Source of the DNA: Lama guanicoe
Taxonomy: Eukaryota
Length of the DNA: 64,000 bases
Assembly (NCBI GenBank): GCA_013239625.1
Contig: MU056000.1
Span: 14,908,851 to 14,972,850, forward strand
Direction of reading: 5' to 3'
The notes under the pieces were generated by a model. It did not search any database. It was not told the origin of the DNA and saw only the letters and a program-made list of their open reading frames with translations. This document shows, in pieces, positions 1-12,404 of the stretch; position 1 is the first letter of the stretch, and each line of letters starts with the position of its first letter. Both the position numbers and the translations under genes were made by a program.

Positions 1-474
1 ATATGATATTAACATTTTAATTATATAGCTATTATAATACACCTATATTGATTAATTAAGTAGACATTTGAAAATATGGCAAAAGTTCACTGAATTCCAG
101 GAACACACCTCCGCTAAGTTTACTATGCTAACTTGTACTTATTTTTAGTAAAATAAGACAGTAAAATAGGACTTGGATCAAATATCCAGTGAATGTGACT
201 TTTCCTTCTTCCATTTTGGTCTGTATGTTTGCTGACAACAAATATTTTTCTCCAAATTTTCCGCTTAGTCTGTAGTCTATCAAAATTAATGTCATAGAAG
301 TTCTCTAAAACATTTTTTTTTGAATTTCTCAATGATTGCAACCATGTACAAATCTGCTTTTTTGTGTGTGAGAGCAATTTAGCAATTTGGGGTAAAGAAT
401 TGCCACTGCCAAGGAAAGGGAGGACTTCTGTGAGATCCTTCATATTTTCCAATAGAGCTTTGATGTGACTTACA

Positions 475-533
475 CAAAATCTGTGACATGCAGCTCAAGC
501 AGTGTTCAGAGGAAAAAGAATAGCTATAAATGC
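475..533 (+). mobile_element. 59-bp internal L1 ORF2 fragment, antisense to and embedded in the UBXN2A retrocopy
   Basis: caaaatctgtgacatgcagctcaagcagtgttcagaggaaaaagaatagctataaatgc resembles the L1 ORF2 'QNLWDAAKAVLRGKFIALNA' region. The homologous segment occurs in this window's L1 near 48200. No polyA or TSD. Confidence 0.8.
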
Positions 534-922
534 CTACAGGAAATAGAAAATTTCTGGGAGATTCTTTTCCAGTTTGGCTAGCCAGATCTGTGTTTTAGTG
601 AAATATTCCAAATTATTTAGTGGGACAACAGAGAGACTATCTTTATTCTCAATCTCAGTACTCTTTGCTACAGGAAAAAACTTTGATGTAGAACTTTCCA
701 GTCTCTGATTCTGTCTTGAGAATGTCTGGAATAAAGGCTTCATTGATATACATCATTTTTTTTTTAATTTTGACTTTAACAGTCACCTCCTCTTTATCAA
801 AAAAACTCTTGTAATTTTCAATGTAATTCTCCTTTTTGATGAAGTTTAGAACCTACTGATTTCTACCATCAGTATAATTTCTGAAATCACTAGTGCCTTA
901 GAATCCATTTTTCCATATTTTT

Positions 923-1346
923 TGTTTTGTTTGTTTGTTTTTTTAACATCTTTCTTGTGGTATGGTTCCTGTACAGTAAACTACACATATTTCAGATGTA
1001 CAATTTGATGAATTTTGATAGGTGTATAGACCAGAGAAACCACTACCACAATCAAGATAGTTAATAGTTTCATCACATGCACCCCAGTGTTCATGGAAGC
1101 ACTGTTTACAATAGCCAAGACATGAAACAACACAAATGTCCATCAGCAGATGACTAGATAAAGAAGATGTGGTAAATACATGTAATGGAATACTACTCAG
1201 CCATAAAAAATAAAATACTGTCATCTTCAGCAACATGATTGTACCTGGAGATCGTCATTCTAAGTGAAGTAAGCCAGAAAGAGAAAGAAAAATGCCTATC
1301 GCTTATATGTGAAACCTAAACAAAAGGACACAGATTAACTTATCTG
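923..1346 (-). mobile_element. Short 5'-inverted L1 insertion
   Basis: 923-1076 is an L1 3' terminus with T-rich tail (minus). 1075-1346 is L1 ORF2-end/3'UTR in the opposite orientation. Flanked by direct repeat tattttt (916-922, 1347-1353). Confidence 0.8.
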
Positions 1347-1779
1347 TATTTTTATACTGACATTTACCTTCTTTTCATTTTTGTGGGTGACAAGTAGTTA
1401 ACATGCCTCTTCTGAGCTTCCTCCAAAGGCTGTTAACAAAATATTCGAAGTTCATTTGTCAATTATCACTAAAAGGATAGTTAACAGATCCTGCTTCACA
1501 AGTCCATTCTTCTGTCAAATCCATTCATTCTCCATACTTTCAAGATTATCTACTTCTTTCATTCCCTTTGCCTTACTCTGAGGGCCATGGCCTCGTCCTC
1601 AATTTCTTCAGGGACCCTGAGGCCTTACCACAGCGTTCAACTTACACAACCTCCCATGGCCACTTCATCGTAGCCCTTCCACAAGAACACTGTTCCCCAA
1701 CTCCTTTTTTTTTTTTTTAGAAAATTTAATATTTGTACACACATAGAAATTTTTGACAAGTTCTTTGTATTTAGTAACA

Positions 1780-3800
1780 CATTTATTATCTTTATTGTTC
1801 TTTATATATATTTTGTTTGTTTCAAACTGTACAACTATCCTTTAGCATTTCTTAGTACAATTTTGTGAGAGAAATTCTTTAAGCTTTGTTTTCTGTCATT
1901 TTACCTCTAGTTTTGAAATATTTTTTCATGTATTTCACAGAAAATAGACTTTTAGACTTTATTTTTAGCTCTTTAAAGATTTAATTTCATTGTCTTTTGA
2001 CTCATTGTTTCTATGAGAATGCAGCTATCATTTCACTATCAGTTCATTCTATATTTTTATTGTCTCTGTCTTCTATCCAAAATTTCCTTTGTCTTTGGTT
2101 TTCAGTGGTTTTATTATGATGGCTGTGTTTTTATTTGCATTTATCACACTTCAGATTCTTTGAACTTCTTGGATTTGTGGGAGGTTTTATTTGTTTGTTT
2201 TCAATCATATTTAAAACTCTCAACTTTAATCTCTTAAAATATTTGTTGTTACCTATTTTCTCTTTCTTCTCCTCCTGGATCTGAAATACTGGTATATTCA
2301 AATGTCTTGATATTGTCCCATGAGTTTCAAATGATTTATTCCTTTTTTCTCTCTCTTATTTTTGTGCTTTAGTAAAAATAATTTCTGTTGTCACACCTTT
2401 AAGTTCAAAATTATTTTCTCTTTTTTTTTATTATTATTCTAACTATACTGTATCAACCTAGTTTATAGTTGAGTAGGGTTAGGGCTTTTGGATTACTTTA
2501 TTTATATTTAGTGCCCCATGGATTTGAAAAGCTTCAGTGGTAGATAGTTGCTGCTTTTTGCTTAGCATGAGGCCTGGAATGATCAAGGCTCTGTCTCTTT
2601 GTCCTTCTCCACCTTCCCCTTTTAGCAGGCCAAGGAAGATTTTACCAAAGTGGGTTTCTCCCTATGCTTTGCTCCTCTCCCAGAAGTAGGGCATTGCTTG
2701 CAACCCAATGTAAGAGGCACAGTGGGGAAAGATTTTTCAGTTTCTCTGTTTCCAATGCAACTTGTAACTCTCCCTGTTTCCTTGAGCCCCAAGTCTTGGG
2801 CTTTCACAGCATTTCTACTCCTTGACAGCAAACAACCACTTCCTCCTATTCAATGTGAGGTCCTAAACCCAAAGAGATGTCCTGGTACTCTCAACTGCAG
2901 CAATTGTTTGCCTCATACTGATGCTCAGTCAGAGATAGGTATGTTTCCTGCTCAGCCTTCAGGGGAAGATGGCTTAATGGCATGAATTTAAAGAGTCTGT
3001 GGTATGTAAGTGGTCTCTACTTCCCATAGCATCAGAGAGCTTTGCCTAGTGTCAGTGCAGGGTCTCTCTGGCTCCATCCCAGTGGTAACCAGTCTTGGCC
3101 TTGTACTGATACAGAGGGTTGGGGGTACTGGTCATTTTTCTGTCTTTTCCCCAATGACAGATATTTTATGCTTCCGACAGTGAAAGATCTGGGGGCAGAC
3201 AGGGTTCCATTTTTTTTTCCCCCAGTAGCAGAGAGCTTCTCCAATCACTTCAAGGCCTAGGGTGAGTGTGGATGGTTTTCCTGCACACTGCTCAGGGCAG
3301 CCAGTCTTAGAGTCCTGCAGGATTTGGTGGAAAGGCAGGTAGTTTTAGATTCTCCTCCACCCACAAATGTTGACGGGCCATACATCCTGTGCAGTTGGTA
3401 TTTCTACCTTCCCTGTTTCATGAGCAATTGACCTGTGAAAAGGATTGACAAGTGGAAGGAAGTTTCCTTTTATGTCTGGGGCTTTCAGGGATTCTAAGTT
3501 ATGCTAGCCCATAATTGGCATTTAATAATTCATCAAAATTTAAGCTGTTTTCATCCAACTTAACTTTATAGTAGCTAACTCTATTTCCCATTGTTATGTC
3601 TTAGATGAAAACACTTTATGTGTCTCATCCCTTCTCGGAAATGCATGTCACCCACTGGAATGTTTTCTCATTAGGTAGCCTTTTGATCTTACTGTTTTGT
3701 TTTGTTAAAGGTCAGACCTGTTCTCATTTTTAAGGTGATAAAAAGTTTTTTTTTTTTTGAGGCTTTCTATGTTTTTTTCTTTTTAATTTTGAAATCCCAG
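1780..3800 (-). mobile_element. Old L1M-type ORF1/5' region remnant
   Basis: T-rich antisense L1 ORF1-like motifs (ctttagcatttctt, tttcattgtctt, tgaacttcttggatttgtgg, ttttctctttcttctcctcctgg) followed by a more GC-rich 5'-end-like stretch. Confidence 0.55.
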
Positions 3801-4859
3801 TCTATCTATGTTTTATGCAAAAAAAGGTAATCTCACTTTTCAATTTTAAAACATAATTTTGGGAAGATGTAAGGTGCTAACATATAACACTTACCTGCTT
3901 TATACCTTTATGGATGGGAACTTTAGCCACATTTTTGTTCTTATCCTACCTCTCATAGTCATAAAATGCATATGTTTGACTCAGTTTCATGCTCAAAAAC
4001 ATCAGAATTTGATAAATTAGAAGCCTATTTTATTTAGTATGAGACTATTATTTATTAAGTCATTCAGATTATATTTTTCTAAACAACTACGATATAAAGA
4101 GAAAGAATAAACTGAAGTTTTTTATTATCTGCTGAAGCATTTCTTATAGGCATGTACAAACAGGTGCACAGATGTGCAAACAGATCCATCTAGATTACTC
4201 ATTTCTCCATCTTTACTGTCATCATCGATACACAGAGAGACACTTTTGGGACTCACATAGTTTTCTCCTAGAAGTTTGCAGTTTACCTCAGATATTGCCT
4301 AGGGTCGGGGGAAGTCTGTTGGTACACTAATATTAGTTCTGTGACAAACATGGGTTATTACAAATCTTTATGTGAGGATTTTAGCTTAGTTTTTTTCAGG
4401 TCCTACAACATGTCTTTTTTACTACTAGTAAACTAGATGGTTAGAGTGTGTGGATCATTAAACTTTGCATTTGAATTAAAGAACAGTAAGCATAGGTTTT
4501 ACAAAAGAGAGGGCATTAAGGAAGAGTGTCCTTTTTGACTTTGCAGAGGCAAAATGCTTGACTAAATGAATGATAAACAGATGACTGAATATTTATAATA
4601 GTTTTGCAAAAAACCCCAAAGTAGTCATGCTACCTGTAATAATGAAAATGACAATCTTTTCAGCCACAGGCTTATTTTGAATAATAGTAATTTGTAAATG
4701 TTCTTTCAAGGAGAACTAATAATTATATTTTCATTTTTTAGATATGCAGGGGTAATAGCAAGTTATTCATGGATTTTAATGAATCATGCATATTTTCAGT
4801 CCATGCTCAGCTGTTCTAGACTTACAGCTATATGCAATATAGCTTCTTCGGGCTTCTCA

Positions 4860-6620
4860 GGGTCTTTAGGTCTACATTTAGGTCTCTAATCATCTTGAAT
4901 TAATTTTTATATATGGTGGTATATACAGGCAGTGTGGATTAAATAATTAATATGTGTTATTTTTATTTCTTTCTAATAAGCTTTATTTTTAGAATAGTTT
5001 TAGGCTGATAATAAAATTGAATGAAAGGTATAGATTTTCCATTGTAACGGATTTCCAATTGTACCATACATTTGCTGAAAAGATTATCTTTTCCACATTT
5101 AAATCACTTTGTACTTTTACTAACCTGGTTGACTTTATTTGTATGTATCTATTTCTCTTTTCCTTTTTGTTGCAATTGATATGTGTATGTGTGTATATAT
5201 ATATATATATACATTCATCTGCTTGTGCTAGACTGTTTTGTTTACTATGACTGTATAATGCATCTGGATGGCAGGCCATTTAAACCCTCCAACTATATTC
5301 ATCATTCACAAAATTATGTTCCCTTTTTTTTATCATTTTTATATTTATTTTGCTGTTGTTTTGTAAAATTTTATATTTCAGTTCTTTGTGGCTGATATAT
5401 ATATATAAATATTATAAATTGAGATATAAATATACATCCCATTTAACCTACAACCATGCTAAAGATACATATAAATATATTTCATTTTCGTTTATTCTTT
5501 ATTTACACACTATAGTCCCTTTTGCAAATAAAGATGGACATATTCCCTTACAATATGTCTATTTTTCTTTCTTTATCTAGGTTTCTTGTACTGCCTAGGA
5601 CCTTCCAGTAAAAATGTCCTTATTTTTAAATGTCCTTTAGTTTTTAGCTTACTTGTATCTTGGTATTTAATGTGGGATGTCTGGAGTTTGACTGTTTTGG
5701 TCTTGCTCTGTCATCTAGTTTTATACCCTATGAGTTTTCATATACATGATTAGACGATTCATGTTTCTTGCAATTTTTGTTATGGTTTAAATCTGACATC
5801 TTGCTGTTTGTCTTCTCTTTTCCCATTTGTTCTCTGTTATTTATTTATTTTCTGCTTCATGACGTCTGTGGGTTTTTAAATGTTATTACATATTAATTCC
5901 TATTGATTTTTTAGCTATGTATTTTTGTTCTATTATTCTTCTTCAGTGATTGCTCTATGGTTTGAAATACACATCTTTTAACATCACCTTCTACCTTCAG
6001 AATAAATAGTACTACATCACTTATAATGTAATAACAGTATAGAAGTATGCTTCAATTTTTTTCATTTCTATTAATGTATTACTATTTCTATTATTGTATT
6101 ATATTATTAAACATTTAACCATCACACAAATCTCACAGTACTGTTATTTTTTTCTTTAGAGAGTAAATTATATGTTAAAGATAATGAAAACAGTAAAAAG
6201 CATTATCTTTTATACCTATACATGCATTTACTTTTACTGACAATTTTCATTCATTTTTATCTGATATAATTTTATTCTATCTGTAGAACTTATTTTTACA
6301 TATCTTTTGGGCAAAGTCATGGACAATGAATTCTGAAATTTTTTGCCTGAAAAATTCTTTATTTCCCTTTGATTTTTATAATACACTTTCTATGTGTTTA
6401 GAATTCTAGGCTGACTTTTATTTTTCCTGCAAGTTAATATTGTCATTTCATTTGTTGTCTGACATGTACAAGTTTGTGATAAGAAATCTATTGTTTTACT
6501 TATTATTTTTCCTCTATACACATTGTGCCTTTTTCTCTAGTTTCTTTTATGATCTTATCTTTATTGCTAGATAAGCCTTATAATGGGTGTCTTCATTTAA
6601 TTCACTGGACCTATGGGTGT
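4860..6620 (-). mobile_element. Patchwork of old antisense L1 fragments
   Basis: Motifs tacatttaggtctctaat-catcttgaattaattttt, ccaattgtaccatacatttgctgaaaaga, gcctaggaccttccagtaaaa, gaattctaggctgac. Confidence 0.55.
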
Positions 6621-6909
6621 ATGAATTTAACCACGTTTTGTATTAACTCCTGTAATCCTAACAGGTCTAATGAGAAGATTGTGTTATATTAACCTATTAT
6701 CAACCAGGTTAAATTGGGAACAAATTTTCCAGAATCCAATTTCCTGTCAATTCTGAGGTTGGAGTTAACCAGGAAATTTCAAAAGGTATAGAATGAAGAC
6801 GTGTGCTATTGGCCATCACTCACTAAATGTTGCTATGGTTAGATGATAAAGAGCTCAGAAGTTTTCAGCTTGTCCTTCTGTCCCTTCAACTCATAATCCA
6901 CGTCTCCTT

Positions 6910-8980
6910 CTTTTTATTTTTATTTTTTTAAAAAAAATTTATTGAAGTATATTCAGTTTACAGTGTGTGTCAGTTTCTGGTGTACAGCACAGTGCTTCAA
7001 TCATATAAGAACATACATGTATTCATTTTCATATTGTTTTTCACCATAAATTTCTACAAATTATTGAATATACTTCCCTGTGCTATACAGTATAAACTTG
7101 TTATTTATCTATTTTATATATATTAGTTGGTATCTGCAAATCTCAACCTCCCAATTTATCTCTTCCTACCCTTCTCCCCCATAACCACAAGTTTGTTCTC
7201 TATGTCTGTGAGTCTGTTTCTGTTTTATAAATAAGTTCATTTGTCCTTTTTTTTAGATTCCACATATAAGTGATATCATATGGTATTTTTCTTTCCCCTT
7301 CTGGCTTACTTCACGTAGACTGATGTTCTCCAGGTCCATCCATGTCCATCCTTGTTGCTGCAAATGACATTATTTTATTATTTTTTATAACTGAGTAATA
7401 TTCCATTGTATAACTATACCACAGCATCTTTATCCAGTCAGCTGTGAGTGGACATTTAGGTTTTTTCCATGCCCTGGTATTGTAATTAGTGCTGCTATGA
7501 ACACTTGGATGCATGTATCTTTTTGAATTAAGGTTCCCTCTTGATATGTGCCCAGGAATGGGATTGCTGGATCATATGGTAACTCTGTTTTTGGTCTTTT
7601 GAGGAATCTCCATACTGTTTTCCACAATGGCTCCACCAAACTGCATTCCTACCAGCAGTGTAGGAGGGCTGCCTTTTCTCCACACCCTCTCCAGCATTTA
7701 TCATTTGTGGACTTTTGAATGATGGCCATTCTGACTGGTGAGAGGTGGTACCTCATTGTAGTTTTCATTTGCATTTTTCTGATAATTAGTGATATTGAGC
7801 ATTCTTTTGTGTGCCTATTGGCCATTTGTATGTCTTCATTGGAGAATTGCTTATTTAGGTCTTCTGCCCATTTTTGGATTGGGTTGTTTCCTTTTCTTAT
7901 TAAGTTGTATAAGCTGTTTATATATTTTGGAAATTAAGCCCTTGTCAGTCTCATCTTTTATGAATATTTTCTCCCATTCCATAGGTTGTCTTTTTGTTTT
8001 ACTTATAACAAAAGTTTTGCTGTGCAAAAGCTTATAAGCTTAATTAGGTCTCATTTGTTTATTTTTGCTCTTGTTTCTATTGCTTGGGTAGACTGCCCTT
8101 GTAGAACATTGCTGAGATTTATGTTAGATAATTTTTGCCTATGTTTTCGTCTAAGAGGTTTATAGTATCTTGTCTTATGTGTAAGTCTTTAAGCCATTTT
8201 GGGTTTATTTTTGTGTGTGGAGTGAGGGAGTATTCTAACTTCATTGATAAGCATGCAGCTGTCCAGTTTTCCCAACACCATTTGCTGAAGAGACTGTCTT
8301 TACTCCATTGTATGTTCTTGCCTCCTTTGTCAAAATTAATTGATCATATGTGTGTGGGTTTATTTCTGGACTCTCTATTCTGTTTCATTGAGCTATGAAT
8401 CTAGTTTTGTACCAATACCACACTGCTTTGATTACTTTAACTTTGTAATATTGTCTGGAGCCTGAAAGGGTTATGCTTCAAGCTTTATTTTTTTTCCCTC
8501 AGGATTGCTTTGGCAATTCTGGGTCTTTTGTGTTTAAAGATAAATTTTAGGATTATTTGTTCTGGTTCTGTGAAAAGTGTCATGGGTTAATTTGATAGGG
8601 ATTGCATTAAATCTGTACATGGCTTTGGGTAGTATGGCCATTTTAACAATATTAGTTACTCCAATCCAAGACCAGGAGGTATCTTTCCATTTCTTGAATC
8701 ATCTTTGATTTCCTTTATTAATGCTTGATGGTTTTCAGTCTATATATCTTTCACCTCCTTGATTAGATTTATTCCTAGGTATTATATGTTTATGTTTGAT
8801 GTGATTTTAAGCAGGATTGCCTTTTTACTTTCTCTTTCTGATATTTCATTGTTAGTGTAAAGAAATGCATCACGTTTCTGTATATTAAAGTTGTATCTGC
8901 TACTTTGCTGAATTCATTTATCAGTTCTAATAGTTCTGGTGTGGAGTCTTTAGAGTTTTCTATATACAATATCATATCAC
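6910..8980 (-). mobile_element. Relatively young 5'-truncated L1 (ORF2 C-terminal part + 3'UTR + A-rich tail)
   Basis: T-rich tail at 6910-6930 and artiodactyl-type 3'UTR. ORF 7430-7639 ([30 protein letters not shown]) and ORF 8790-9011 (DMILYIENSKDST..LLELINEFSKVA) are L1 ORF2p. Confidence 0.95.
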
Positions 8981-10524
8981 ACAGCCATATGTCCTCTTTA
9001 AAGCTCTGCACTTATTAGTGGTAATACAATATATTTTACTTTAGAATACAGTATTTTCAGACTGTATGTGTTGAAACATTTGGAGATGTTTATTTGTTGG
9101 AACTCTTTGCCAACTCTAACAGTCATATAATGACTACACTATTAAAATGAAATTCAGGAATAGAGTTTGTTTTTGTATTTTGTGTCAGGAATGATACATA
9201 CAAAAGGAAACATTTTGTGAATAAAAATATCAAGATACTTAATGTCTGTAAAAGGTATCTGAATAACAAATAAGAATAAATACTGATATAAGTATAATTT
9301 TTAAAATTCAAATATGAATTTCTGTTATCTACATTTTCTTATACTTTTTTTTTGTCATAATTATGCCATTAGTTCATTATCTCACAGGAATTTATATTTA
9401 AATAGCCACACTATGCATTGTCTATGGAAGAGTAGAGACCCTAATTAATAAATATTTCTTTCAATACCTGGAAATACATACTATTAAAATAAACACACTC
9501 ATAATAAAATAAATTTAAATGAATAATGTATGCTTACATTTGTGTATTTACTAAAAAATGTGAATATAATATCTTGTACTAATACATATTTTTGTTACTG
9601 AACACAAAATAAGTTTTAAAAGAAGAAAATTATTTTATAAATAAACTATTTATTTACTTACTGCTTCATTTACTTATTCAAGACATATGTGACCCCTCCT
9701 ATGTTCCAGGCACCTAAATTTTATAAGCAATGCTTCTCATTAGTGATGGCTGTATTATTAAATGCAAGATTATATATTATATATAATTCAAGTCACTAGG
9801 AAGCTAATTGTCTGGATAATGTTTACATAGCTTCAACTGAATTTGCAAATATTATCATAATATTAAAATGTGTTTTATATACACATTCATTTTCAAGTTA
9901 GGAATAATTTAGCAATTTTTAAAGTGCATAAAATAACACATAGAAGTAATATTACAAAGATACTAAGGTGGTGTTAAAGCATATGGTTACCTCTCTTGTA
10001 TCTATAAATCAGTTTATAAATTATAATTTAATCACTAATTTCTCACAATACTGTGTAAAGGAAGAGAATGGCATGATCTCTTCCAGCTATATAAGCTTTG
10101 ACCTAAGTAGTTAATGTTTTGAAATATCTCCAATGTTTTTTTACTGCCTAGTAGGCCATATTTACTATGATAAGTTCTATCAATGGTGTAGGGCATGAGG
10201 ATGAAACTCATTGTTTCAAAGAAATATAAATGTTGCCATAAGTAAAATGATAACACATAGATTTAACTTTTGGGGTACACCCTTAAAGAAACTCACAACC
10301 GGTATATTAGCCTGAATGCAAAGGATGTTCAATTACTATGTCTAAATACAATTGGTTTAGTTTTGAATTAAAAAAATATTTTCTTGAAAGATCATGGTTA
10401 TGCAATTTAAATTATTTATCCATGGTTTAAGTGTCCTGAAATGACAAGTTCCAGCAGTACTCTGGTTCTTAACCTACTTTGGAGGTATGAAAATGTCTGA
10501 TGATTGTGTGTAACTCTTGATAGT

Positions 10525-10882
10525 TATGTTAGTCATTCAAGGCTGCCATAATAAAATAACATAAACTAGCTGGCTTAAACAACAGAAATTCATTTTCTCA
10601 CAGTTCTAAGTCCAAGATCAAGTTTCCAGCAAGGCTGGTTTCTGATGAGACCTCTCTTTCTGGCTTTCAGATGCAGCCTTCTTGCTGTGTCTTCCCATGG
10701 TGGGCAGACAGTGGAAAGCAAGTTCTCTGGCATCTTTTCTTATGAAAGCACTGATTTCATCATGAGAGCCCCACCTTTATGGCCTCTTCTAAACTAATTA
10801 TCTCCCAAAGCTCCCACTCCTAATTATTATCACATGTGGTTGAACATATTAATTCTAGGTGCACAGAATTCAGGTCATAGTA
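10525..10882 (-). mobile_element. MaLR solo LTR (MLT1A-like)
   Basis: ggctgccataataaaata..tggcttaaacaacagaaattcattttctcacagttct..aagtccaagatcaag..gagagccccacctttatggcctc; ~360 bp. Confidence 0.85.
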
Positions 10883-12404
10883 GTAGTGCTCCTATAATTC
10901 CATGTTCACATTTCATACACTTTCAGTTTTATTTTTGCCTCAGAGAATCTGCCTTCACTCCCTGGGAAATACATCTGTGTGTGTTGTGTTACCTGCCAGG
11001 GAACTGAGTATCACAAGGAGGGTGAATACTATTATACTATTATATGCTTTACCTCGCCGCCTCCTTCCCATCCTTTCAGTCCTTTAAGTATATTTTGCCT
11101 TATGTATGTGAACTGCTTTGTATTTCACTTTTGTTATTCTGTTTGAATCAATTCTCTCTCTTCTTAGACATTTTCCCAATAATAAAAATTCAGTGATTCA
11201 ATGAAAGAGTATTAGAGGTAAAGTGAAAAACATTAATAAAAACTGTTTATATTCATTTCAGCAAATTACACTTGTATTTTCCAAGCTATCTTTTTCAAAG
11301 ACAAGGATTTTTGAAGGTGTATGTTCAGTTAAAAGAAAAAATTGCTTTTTCAGTTATAAATACCATGACAATTACATAATTTATAAGTAGATATTGATTT
11401 TCTAAAATGAACATCCAAATTTATTGAATTCCATGTATATTTTTGTCCAGGCAACTTGAGAAATAATTAATCTTGATATTCATAGAAAATTTAAATCAAT
11501 AACTATAAGTAAAATGTGAGAAACATTAATGCTACCATTTTGTAAATTACATTGGCATTTTAAGGGTTTCCTCTAAGTCTTTGATGCTAAACAGTCTTTG
11601 ATTCTAAAAATCACTTAAAGTCATTTAGCCTAACTAAAGTATGTTTTATGTAATGTCCCAAGATTACAACCTTGTGGAGAAACGTTAGGCAGCTGGACAA
11701 ATCAAAGTCTAACAGATAATAACGTCTTTAGACTTTTTTCATTTAATAGAAAAATGAATTTTAATAACTGACAAATTATAATTACCATGTACTCCCAATT
11801 TTCACATCTGCTTAAAATTGGATTTTAAATAATAGAGTCTGTTCATTATATTGCCAACACATTTTCGTGCAAGATTTTACTGTCATATAATGGTGTGAGG
11901 TGACCTGGACTCTGATACTGATAAAATAATAATTGAGTTAAACAATCAAAGCACTGAGTCTGATGTTGCAGGAATAGAAAGCAAAAGGAAACACTGTTCT
12001 TTCACTGGAGGAGTTTATAATCCCCTTTAAGAGGACAGTAAGAATAGTACAGAAGTTACTATAATGCAACATAGATTTTTAAGTGCCTTTGAAGAGATTT
12101 TTTAAAATTAGGAAACTAAAAAAGTAAATATTATAGTGATGGGATAGCATTCAAGGTGTGCCTTCAAATTTGTGTTCAATTTCATACGAGAAGTGGGGAA
12201 TTAGATGAGAGGGTACTGTAGTCAGAAAAAAGCATCAAATGTCAAAAAATGTGTAATGCATAAAAGTAATGAACATGTTCAGAAAGAGCAAGTTATCAAG
12301 TGTTATTTTAAAGTGAGCAATTGTAGAGGAATGATAGTATATAAAGCCAGAAAACTAGTTTAGAATCCATATTGTAGAGGAATTTAATTTTCAGAAATTA
12401 GCTG

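Larger units (their letters stand above)
1..1704 (-). pseudogene. UBXN2A: UBXN2A processed pseudogene (CDS remnant 1562->286, plus UTR remnants), interrupted by inserts at 475-533 and 923-1346
   Basis: Manual minus-strand translation across frameshifts: MKEVDNLES..EEWTCEAGS..NFEYFVNSL-EEAQK..KKVNVSIKI|WKNGF*GTSDFRNYTDG..LNFIKK..FDKEEVTVKV..KPLFQTFSRQNQRLESSTSK..AKSTEIENKDSLSVVPLNNLEYFTKTQIWLA..QKF..VSHIK..GKYEGSHRSPPF..KADL..IIEKFKK..FRELL*H*. This is colinear with recalled UBXN2A (SEP+UBX domains) from start to stop, with no introns and several stops/frameshifts. UTR limits are approximate. Confidence 0.93.

Noticed and set aside
123..452. 109-aa ORF as a novel gene
   Set aside because: It is an out-of-frame reading of the UBXN2A pseudogene end and 3'UTR.
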